Source: Thermotogota bacterium (GTDB lineage: Bacteria; Thermotogota; Thermotogae; Petrotogales; Kosmotogaceae). From it: a DNA stretch of 13,274 nt. The notes under the pieces are model-generated. The model was not told where the DNA came from and ran no database searches. It saw only the letters and a list, made by a program, of their open reading frames with translations. The DNA is taken from assembly GCA_034660555.1 (NCBI GenBank), contig JAYEJL010000080.1:1-13274 (forward strand), read 5' to 3'. This document shows, piece after piece, positions 1 to 6,811 of this stretch (within the stretch, counting starts at the first letter, position 1; the number at the start of each line of letters is the position of its first letter). The position numbers and the translations under genes were made by a program.

Positions 1-311
1 TCGTATATACAGGGAGTATCTACAAGGAATGTAAAAGAAGTATTATCCAGATTGGGAATCAAAAAAGTTGATTTCAGCAACCTTTAAAAGGATTCTTTTA
101 CAAATCATTCAGTTTCAAAGTTTATCCCAGAAACCACTGGAAAAAAATACGAACAACCAACATGATGGAAAGACTAAATAAAGAACTTAAGAGACAATCA
201 AAGGTAGTTGGTGCGTTTCCCAATGATGAATCTCTTTTGAGATTAGCAGTATCTATATTGATTAACATAAATGAAGAATGGATAACTTCAAGGAGATACT
301 TAACTATGTAA
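1..311 (+). pseudogene. IS256-family (Mutator-type DDE) transposase pseudogene
   Basis: Frame 1 from nt 1 reads SYIQGVSTRNVKEVLSRLGIKKVDFSNL* (GVSTR motif, stop 85-87). Frame 3 reads YPRNHWKKIRTTNMMERLNKELKRQSKVVGAFPNDESLLRLAVSILININEEWITSRRYLTM* (123-311), the typical IS256 C-terminus with RTTNxxER and VGAFPN. Confidence 0.88.
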
Positions 312-338
312 TATAACCTATTTTAGGATTCAGGTCAT

Positions 339-363
339 TTTTACAGCAGGTACTTGACACAAC
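339..363. repeat. Probable right terminal inverted repeat of the IS256 element
   Basis: Lies ~28 nt after the transposase stop and resembles IS256-family ends. The partner repeat is not in the window. Confidence 0.6.
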
Positions 364-405
364 ATGAATCACTCGCTAACCAACTTTTGATAACTCCTAT
401 ATAAT

Positions 406-436
406 AAAAAAAGAGGAGCATATATGCTCCTCTTTT
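406..436 (-). terminator. Intrinsic terminator after tRNA-Trp, likely bidirectional
   Basis: Perfect 28-bp palindrome AAAAGAGGAGCATATATGCTCCTCTTTT (409-436); the minus strand ends in a 7-U tract directly after the tRNA CCA end. Confidence 0.88.
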
Positions 437-512
437 GGCACGCCCGGAGGGAATCGAACCCCCAACCTGCGGTTTTGGAGACCGCCGCTCTGCCTAGTTG
501 AGCTACAGGCGT
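436..512 (-). tRNA. tRNA-Trp (anticodon CCA)
   Basis: Reverse complement is ACGCCTGTAGCTCAACTAGGCAGAGCGGCGGTCTCCAAAACCGCAGGTTGGGGGTTCGATTCCCTCCGGGCGTGCCA: acceptor stem ACGCCTG/CGGGCGT, anticodon arm GCGGT-CTCCAAA-ACCGC, T-loop TTCGATT, discriminator G, encoded CCA. Confidence 0.97.
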
Positions 513-522
513 AAGTAAAATA

Positions 523-551
523 ATTATAAACTATGATAATGACCTTTTCAA
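523..551 (-). promoter_or_regulatory. sigma70-type promoter of tRNA-Trp
   Basis: Minus strand TTGAAA (551-546), 17-nt spacer, TATAAT (528-523), 10 nt upstream of the tRNA. The -35 box overlaps the TGA stop of the mnhD-like gene. Confidence 0.8.
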
Positions 552-1990
552 GGCAAAAAGAACAAATATGTAAGAACAATTCCAATAAAAACAAAATAAA
601 TCCCTAGAGCATTGTCAAGCCTTTCAAACAATCTTGGCAAAGGTTTAAAAGAACTTCTAAATACAAAATAGGCTAAAATCCCGAGCGAAATGACAATAAG
701 AGATTCAACAAAATGATGGAAGTTGAAACCAATTATTCCGTGTAAAAATATTATCGAAATCAATATCCAGTAAGCCGTGTTAACATTCCAACTTTGCTTT
801 GATTTTTGCCTGCTATATCCAAGAAAAATGAATTTAGAAAAACTCATTACTGTCCCAATTGACGCAGCAATAAGCAGAACATCTGAAAAGTAAGGTACTG
901 AATCAAGAATCCTTCCCTTTGTTACAAAACCCGATGTTAATGGCGCACCGCTTATAGCAAGAGCCCCCACAAAAAGTGGTATATATTCCTTTTTGAGTAA
1001 TTTTCCTTTCCATTTAGAAATATCCTGGGTACCTAATCTCTCATAAATATTACCGACAGACATAAATAAAAGGCCCTTAAAAACAGCGTGGCTGAACCCA
1101 TGCCAGGCACCGGCAATGTTGCTCGCTGCAACAATAAAACCCACCTGAGAAAGTGTATGGTAGGCCAAAATACTTTTTGCCTTTTTAGAATTCATTGCAA
1201 ATATGACAGCTATAACGGCACTGATTGAACCAATAACAAGGTAGACATTACTTAACCAGTAAAAAGAATCGTAAAGTAAAAATCTTATTATCAGGTAATC
1301 TTCTACTTTTACCATTATCCCAGACAATATTGGTGAAACCTCTGTTGGCGCTCCGCTATGAGCATCGGGTAACCACATAGAAACAAAAAACAAACCTGAT
1401 TTTACAGATAAACCTATGAATATCAATGCAGGCAAAAATGTTCCTATTTCATTTAGAGATTCAAAGCTAAAGCTACCCGTTTGATAATATATTAGACCGA
1501 TAGCTATAAGATATATATAGAATCCCAAAGAAGCAATAATCATGTATTTCAAAGAAGCCCATATTTGTTTTGACTTCCTTCTATAAGCAATCAACAGAAA
1601 ACCAATAATTGAAACAAGCTCGAAAGTGACATAAATGTTAAACAAATCACGTGAAATATATACAGCATTTAATGAACCATATAATAGTGTTAGCAAATCA
1701 TAAAATAGCCCGCTGTAGTTTTTTTTCAACGAATTTATTGCAACTGCTCCAATAATTACCAGAGAAGCCAGTAAAAAAGGTAATGTAAGTTCGTCATAAC
1801 CTATTGAAATACCCAGATTGCCCCAATTTCCAAGAGCATAACTAAACTCCTTACCCAGCAGAAAAGGAATAAATACACCACATACACCAAGAGAAAGAAA
1901 AAGCAATGATATGGACAGCATTCTCCATCTGTGGAAAATCATGGAAACACTTCCAGCTATAATGGGCACTATTACAAGATATACAATCAT
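548..1990 (-). CDS. mnhD: Mrp/Mnh antiporter subunit D (MrpD/MbhH-like proton-conducting membrane transporter)
   Basis: Multi-TM protein with DLFNIYVTFE, ASLKY, KSGLF..WLPDAHSGAP..VS.ILSG..VK, SHAVFKGLLF and GAPLTSGFVTK motifs of the complex I/Mrp antiporter-like family. Confidence 0.88.
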   Translation of the reverse strand: MIVYLVIVPIIAGSVSMIFHRWRMLSISLLFLSLGVCGVFIPFLLGKEFSYALGNWGNLGISIGYDELTLPFLLASLVIIGAVAINSLKKNYSGLFYDLLTLLYGSLNAVYISRDLFNIYVTFELVSIIGFLLIAYRRKSKQIWASLKYMIIASLGFYIYLIAIGLIYYQTGSFSFESLNEIGTFLPALIFIGLSVKSGLFFVSMWLPDAHSGAPTEVSPILSGIMVKVEDYLIIRFLLYDSFYWLSNVYLVIGSISAVIAVIFAMNSKKAKSILAYHTLSQVGFIVAASNIAGAWHGFSHAVFKGLLFMSVGNIYERLGTQDISKWKGKLLKKEYIPLFVGALAISGAPLTSGFVTKGRILDSVPYFSDVLLIAASIGTVMSFSKFIFLGYSRQKSKQSWNVNTAYWILISIIFLHGIIGFNFHHFVESLIVISLGILAYFVFRSSFKPLPRLFERLDNALGIYFVFIGIVLTYLFFLP

Positions 1991-2349
1991 TGTGTTTCCC
2001 TTTCAAAAATACGCTCGATTGTATGCACATCAAGCGTGTGATATCTGTTGTGAAGCATTACTGTAAATACTAATAAAAGACTCAAAACAGCAAAACCTAT
2101 CACAATACCAGTTATAATGACAGCTTGAGGAATGGGATTGGCCATTGTTATCACATAACCATCAACAGAAGTAATAATTGGTGCTGTTATACCATTTACA
2201 GAAGAAATTCCCGTATAAAACAAAACTGTTGATATCTCAACCACTGCAAGAGATAGCACCTTTTTTAAGATATTCCTATTAAAAAACAATCCTGCAATAC
2301 CAATAAAAAAAGATACCATCGCAGTCAAAATGATAATCGATGAAATCAA
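1987..2349 (-). CDS. mnhC: Mrp/Mnh antiporter subunit C
   Basis: Three TM helices, NILKKVLSL and NPIPQAVIITGIVIGFA (MrpC consensus DP.PQAL.LTAIVI). ATGA overlaps with both neighbours. Confidence 0.9.
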   Translation of the reverse strand: MISSIIILTAMVSFFIGIAGLFFNRNILKKVLSLAVVEISTVLFYTGISSVNGITAPIITSVDGYVITMANPIPQAVIITGIVIGFAVLSLLLVFTVMLHNRYHTLDVHTIERIFERETQ

Positions 2350-3029
2350 AGCGTACCCCTCCTGACTACAAATTCGCTAGCCAGTTTCCACGAACCAGCA
2401 TACACTTTGAAACCAATTAAAAGATTTATCAATGGGATGATTCCTCCGCTTAATACAGAATAAGCTTCTGGTGGGCTGGTAAAAACCAAAACTACATCAG
2501 GAAATACCGAAACCATTGTCATGACTGAAATTACAGCAACAAATGATATTGTCTCAAAAAACTTTATTTTGTAAACGTCATAATGTGCAAGTGCCTTAAT
2601 AAAATTCGAGCAAATTCCATACAAAACAACCCCGCTGGCCAGTATTACTCCTCCAGCAAAACCACCCCCAGGGGTTATATGACCTCTCAAAACCACATTC
2701 AAGAAAATTACTATAGAGATAGCCATTATTACACCACTAAAAACCCTTGCTGTTAAAAAAACTGTTTGTTCTGAGATTTCACTTTTTGGCTCATACTTTA
2801 AAAGAAAACCAACAGATACCACAATAAGTGAAAATAAAAGCACTTCGAAAACTGTGTCATATACTCTGATTAACAAATAAACTGCGGTGACTGTATTTGG
2901 CAGATTCGTTCTTTCCCAGATTAAATGTACATTATTATCTGTTACAGCAGTTCCAAAAGCTGGTATAAAATGAACCATAAAAACAACGATAAAATATACA
3001 AAAATAATCGAAAAGACTATTTTCTTCAT
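2346..3029 (-). CDS. mnhB: Mrp/Mnh antiporter subunit B (MbhE-like plus MnhB domains)
   Basis: PNTVTAVYLLIRVYDTVFEV (N.V.A....R..DT..E motif) and GHITPGGGFAGG (MnhB signature). Confidence 0.9.
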   Translation of the reverse strand: MKKIVFSIIFVYFIVVFMVHFIPAFGTAVTDNNVHLIWERTNLPNTVTAVYLLIRVYDTVFEVLLFSLIVVSVGFLLKYEPKSEISEQTVFLTARVFSGVIMAISIVIFLNVVLRGHITPGGGFAGGVILASGVVLYGICSNFIKALAHYDVYKIKFFETISFVAVISVMTMVSVFPDVVLVFTSPPEAYSVLSGGIIPLINLLIGFKVYAGSWKLASEFVVRRGTL

Positions 3030-3721
3030 AAATATCTCTCCACCATCTTTTCGATTTCACTATTTTCCTTGAGATCATTTATGTTTTCTTCCATAACTTC
3101 CTTTATATCCAGCGAAGCTTCAGAAAACAAGAAAACATAATTCGTTCTATGTGAAGGCAGTGCCTCGATTTCGCTCTTCTTTTTAGAAAGAGATTTTAGG
3201 TGAACGTAATCAATTTCTTCACCGTTATGATTAAAAATCATTGTTTCAAGATATGGTAAATACTCAATTTCTTTTGTTGATTTTGTTATCTCTTTCGTTA
3301 TTCCACCGCACAAGATATCCAGCTTTCTCTTCTTGAGGTCATTGATCGCTTCATCAATACTGTTGTACTGCACTGATTCAATTTCATAACCCTCAATTTT
3401 TTCAATTCTTGATATTATCTGCCATTCCAATCCTTCAAAACCATTGGCGTTTCTTTCTATCATATAGGGAGTTTCAACAAAACCCATTCTCACTTTTCTT
3501 TGTTTTCTAATGGCCATTACATAAATGAGAAAAATCAGAACAACACCAACAGTAAACTGTGTAAGAGCCACATCGGGAGCTCCAATAAGGAGCATCAATA
3601 CTGAAGAGAAAAAACCAACAATCCCGTACCAAAGGACACTTTTAAAAGAGGATTTTACTATTGTAACAGCAGCAGCAGAAATAACATATAGTCCTGCAAA
3701 AAGAATTATTATATAATTCAT
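3026..3721 (-). CDS. DUF4040/MbhD-like (MrpA C-terminal) antiporter subunit fused to a truncated family-3 solute-binding-protein-like domain
   Basis: Residues 1-72 form three TMs with GAPDVALTQ (DUF4040 signature APDVA.T[EQ]). Residues ~76-231 are soluble and resemble SBP_bac_3 (GFEGLEWQI; AINDLKKRKLDILCGG; INDLKENSEIEKMVERYL). Confidence 0.8.
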   Translation of the reverse strand: MNYIIILFAGLYVISAAAVTIVKSSFKSVLWYGIVGFFSSVLMLLIGAPDVALTQFTVGVVLIFLIYVMAIRKQRKVRMGFVETPYMIERNANGFEGLEWQIISRIEKIEGYEIESVQYNSIDEAINDLKKRKLDILCGGITKEITKSTKEIEYLPYLETMIFNHNGEEIDYVHLKSLSKKKSEIEALPSHRTNYVFLFSEASLDIKEVMEENINDLKENSEIEKMVERYL

Positions 3722-3722
3722 T

Positions 3723-3995
3723 TCACTTTCTCCCGGATTTTAAAGAAGCTCTAGCAATTATGTGTGTTATTGCAGGGCTCATAATTATCAGTACCACCAG
3801 AATTACAATTGTTTCAATAACTCCCAGTAAACCCATGAAAGCAGCTGAGAGAATAAGTAGGCTTAACCCTATTGTATCCGCAACACTCAGAAAGTGTAAC
3901 GTTATTATCACTGTTTTACTAATTACAGCACGTATTGTGCCTAATACCAACAAAAAAGCTCCAGCAAAAAACAAAACATATGCCGTTGTTATCAT
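3723..3995 (-). CDS. mnhG: Mrp/Mnh antiporter subunit G
   Basis: Three TMs, LHFLSVADTIG and SPAITHIIARA (MrpG motifs), and position in the cluster. Confidence 0.85.
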   Translation of the reverse strand: MITTAYVLFFAGAFLLVLGTIRAVISKTVIITLHFLSVADTIGLSLLILSAAFMGLLGVIETIVILVVLIIMSPAITHIIARASLKSGRK

Positions 3996-4240
3996 TCTCT
4001 CACTCCAAGAAAATAGGCAGCTATGATGGTTCCACCAGTATTCATTAAAAGGAACACCAGAACAAGCTCTGAAAGAAAATTTATACTAAAAAAACCATCA
4101 AGAAAAATCATCAAAACTGCTACCTTTTGCATTATTGACGAATATGCTATTAATGTCTTCCATGGGTTTCTATCTTTCGTATACAACATCATAATTATTG
4201 TAAGAAAAAATGCAAGTCCTGTAGCTACAAAAGTAATCAT
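3992..4240 (-). CDS. mnhF: Mrp/Mnh antiporter subunit F (divergent)
   Basis: 82-aa, three-TM protein between E and G; the C-terminal NTGGTIIAAYFL resembles MrpF (F.GT.A.A.FL). Confidence 0.68.
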   Translation of the reverse strand: MITFVATGLAFFLTIIMMLYTKDRNPWKTLIAYSSIMQKVAVLMIFLDGFFSINFLSELVLVFLLMNTGGTIIAAYFLGVRE

Positions 4241-4593
4241 TTTTTTACTCCATGAACAACTAATTTGTCATCTTCTTTCATGACAACGATTTCTTCAGGT
4301 GTAAGCGTAACAGAAATAATCTTGGCAAACTCATCTATTCTGTTTTCGGGAACTTCAGTCTCGTATGCAGTAAAATTTGGCTTTCTAAAAATCAATGTTA
4401 TTGATTGAAACAAGGCTAAAGGATACTTCGATAGTATCTTCATAGATGCTCTTAGTGAATTACCTCGAGGAAGTAATTTTCTTGAAAAGTAAACTGCCAC
4501 AACGGAAATAATCAACGCAAATATTATATTTTCTAGTGAGTAATTTGGTGCAAGCATGAACCATATCATTAAAGATGCCACAAAAATAATCAT
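4237..4593 (-). CDS. mnhE: Mrp/Mnh antiporter subunit E (short)
   Basis: N-terminal TMs with IWFML, ISVTLTPEE (MrpE SITLTPG motif) and C-terminal LVVH. Confidence 0.82.
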   Translation of the reverse strand: MIIFVASLMIWFMLAPNYSLENIIFALIISVVAVYFSRKLLPRGNSLRASMKILSKYPLALFQSITLIFRKPNFTAYETEVPENRIDEFAKIISVTLTPEEIVVMKEDDKLVVHGVKK

Positions 4594-5522
4594 TCTTTGA
4601 TAATTGGCTTCACTCTGAAGCCTTCCTCCATTTTAAAATGCTGCATCCATCCGGTTAACATGTATTTTTCAATAATATCCAGTGCTTTGTTGTATTCTTC
4701 ATAAGTTATTCTCCTGGCAATTTTCTTATATTCTTTTGCTCTGTGAACAGGCCTATATTGCGACATAAGTGAAATGGGTACAGAATGAGAAAGCTCAAAT
4801 GAAACAAACTCTGCCATTTTTTCAGTTCCTGCAAGATTTTCCGGCAAAACTAGATGCCTTATTATAAGACCTTTTTTTAACTCTTCTTTAAAAGCACCAA
4901 CCTGTCTGAACATCTCTTTAATTGCCTTTCTAGTGACTGTCCAGTAATTATTCACTTTTGAGTATTTTTTTCCAATGCTGTCATCTGTATATCTAATATC
5001 CGGAAGATAAATATCAACGATCCCGTCAATAAGTTTCAATATCTCTGTTTTTTCATATCCGCTTGTATTATATACTATAGGCAGTACCAGCCCATTTTTA
5101 GCAGCAATTTTTAATGCCGAAACTATGAATGGAAGATGAGATGTTGGAGTAACAAGATTGATATTTTCTGCTCCGTTACTCTGTAAATCTACAAATATCC
5201 GGGCAAGCTCTTCTACTGAAATATCATTACCGTAATTTTTCTGGCTTATACCAAAATTTTGACAATAAACACATTTCATGGTACAACCTGAAAAGAAAAT
5301 CGTACCTGAACCACCACTTTTTACCAGTGGAGGTTCTTCACCAAAATGCCTTACCACATTTGATATTCGAGGATTATCACCCTGCATACAGATGCCCATA
5401 TCAGTATATCTGTTTACTCCGCACTCTCTAGGGCAAAGTTTGCAGTTTTCCATATGCTCCATTAGTTCCTTCTCAATATCATTTATTTTTCCACTTTTAA
5501 CCAGATCGATGTAATTTCTCAT
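4590..5522 (-). CDS. PflX-like radical SAM Fe-S protein (PFL-activating-enzyme-related, function unknown)
   Basis: N-terminal CKLCPRECGVNR..G.C, HFGEEPPL, GSGTIFFSGCTMKCVYCQN (CxxxCxxC), YNTSGYE, DIYLPD and IIRHLVLP, all typical of the PflX family. Confidence 0.9.
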   Translation of the reverse strand: MRNYIDLVKSGKINDIEKELMEHMENCKLCPRECGVNRYTDMGICMQGDNPRISNVVRHFGEEPPLVKSGGSGTIFFSGCTMKCVYCQNFGISQKNYGNDISVEELARIFVDLQSNGAENINLVTPTSHLPFIVSALKIAAKNGLVLPIVYNTSGYEKTEILKLIDGIVDIYLPDIRYTDDSIGKKYSKVNNYWTVTRKAIKEMFRQVGAFKEELKKGLIIRHLVLPENLAGTEKMAEFVSFELSHSVPISLMSQYRPVHRAKEYKKIARRITYEEYNKALDIIEKYMLTGWMQHFKMEEGFRVKPIIKE

Positions 5523-5531
5523 GAATCAATC

Positions 5532-6797
5532 CTACTCATCAGGATATATTTCCAATTTCGCGCCAAGATCCCTGTATTTTTCCCTTAGACTTTCATAACC
5601 TCTAAATATATGGCTAGCATTCTCAATAGTACTTTCTCCTTCAGCTGACAAAGCTGCCACCAGTAAAGCTGCTGCTGCACGAATATCCGGAGCGCTTACC
5701 CTGGTGCCGCTTAGTTTTTTTACACCCGATATAAAAGCTGTTCTGTCATGAACCTTTACCCTGGCTCCCATTCTGTTCAATTCATCAACATAACCAAAGC
5801 GGTTTTCAAAGACAAGCTCCTCTACCTGAGAATCCCCTTCTGCAGTACATAAAACAGCTGTTATTATTGGTTGTAGATCTGTTGGAAATCCTGGATATGG
5901 TTCTGCGCTTACCTTAAGAGGTTTTAGTGAATAAATTACTGAAACTTCAACATATTCCTCGTTTATCTCAGCATCAACACCTAGTTCTTTAACCTTTTTC
6001 AAAAAAGCCTCTGAATACTTGGCAAAGGGACCTTCCACCTTAACCTTACCTTTTGTTGCAATACCTGCAAGCAGATACGTACAAGCTTCTATTCTGTCGG
6101 GGATAATTTCGTATTCAACACCCTTTTTGTTATTGCTACCTATTACTGTTAATCTGTTGGTCCCAGCTCCCGTAATGTTTGCACCCATGGCATTAAGAAA
6201 ATTCTGCAGATCCTCTATTTCAGGTTCTCTGGCTACGTTTTCAAGTTCGAGTTCCATTCCTGGAATAAAAGCTGCTGAAGTCATTAATTGCTCAGTAGTA
6301 CCAACACTTGGAAATGGCAATTCATAGCTGATTCTTTTTGCAACGCTATCCATTATTTTGCTATGAATATCACCGTGTTCCTCAAAAATTTCAAAGCCTA
6401 TCGCCTTCAATCCATCTATATGGTAATCAACAGGTCTTTGTCCAATATTACAACCACCTGGTTTACCAACCTTAGCCCATCCACATGCCACTGTTAAAGG
6501 GCCAAGTAGATTGAATGAAGCTCTCATCTTTCCAACCAGTTCATATGGAATACTTCCAATCAATAGTTTCCCGGGATCAACGATGACAGTATTATCGGAA
6601 AAGGAAACCTGTTTGCCAACATGCTGCAATATAGAAAGCATTGTATGAACATCCTTTAAATCTGGAACATTTTTGATTATTACTCTGTCGTCAACTAAAA
6701 CAGTAGCTGCAAGTATAGGAAGTGCTGCATTCTTTGAACCGCTTGCTTTAACTCTTCCCTTGAGCTGAGTGCCCCCATCTATTACGATATGACTCAT
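5532..6797 (-). CDS. murA: UDP-N-acetylglucosamine 1-carboxyvinyltransferase
   Basis: GSKNAALP, MRAS, PGGCNIGQRPVDYH (catalytic Cys loop), PYPGFPTDLQ, FENRF and RGYE. RBS GGAGG upstream. Confidence 0.97.
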   Translation of the reverse strand: MSHIVIDGGTQLKGRVKASGSKNAALPILAATVLVDDRVIIKNVPDLKDVHTMLSILQHVGKQVSFSDNTVIVDPGKLLIGSIPYELVGKMRASFNLLGPLTVACGWAKVGKPGGCNIGQRPVDYHIDGLKAIGFEIFEEHGDIHSKIMDSVAKRISYELPFPSVGTTEQLMTSAAFIPGMELELENVAREPEIEDLQNFLNAMGANITGAGTNRLTVIGSNNKKGVEYEIIPDRIEACTYLLAGIATKGKVKVEGPFAKYSEAFLKKVKELGVDAEINEEYVEVSVIYSLKPLKVSAEPYPGFPTDLQPIITAVLCTAEGDSQVEELVFENRFGYVDELNRMGARVKVHDRTAFISGVKKLSGTRVSAPDIRAAAALLVAALSAEGESTIENASHIFRGYESLREKYRDLGAKLEIYPDE

Positions 6798-6811
6798 TAA
6801 AAACCCTCCAA

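Larger units (their letters stand above)
1..363 (+). mobile_element. IS256-family insertion sequence remnant (right part, internally deleted; left part outside window)
   Basis: Transposase fragments at 1-311, followed by TTTTACAGCAGGTACTTGACACAAC (339-363), which resembles IS256-family terminal repeats (TTTAC...TTGACA.TAC-like). Confidence 0.85.

Noticed and set aside
397..594. 65-aa minus-strand ORF in the track
   Set aside because: It runs through the tRNA-Trp gene, its promoter and its terminator, so it is spurious.
1851..2033. 60-aa minus-strand ORF
   Set aside because: It is an alternative frame inside mnhC/mnhD with no recognisable motif.
548..4593. Membrane-bound hydrogenase (Mbh), Mbx or complex I operon
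   Set aside because: No NiFe, Fe-S or NuoH-like subunits are in the cluster.
5532..6797. Fosfomycin-resistant MurA variant
   Set aside because: The catalytic Cys is retained (PGGCNIG), with no Cys-to-Asp change.
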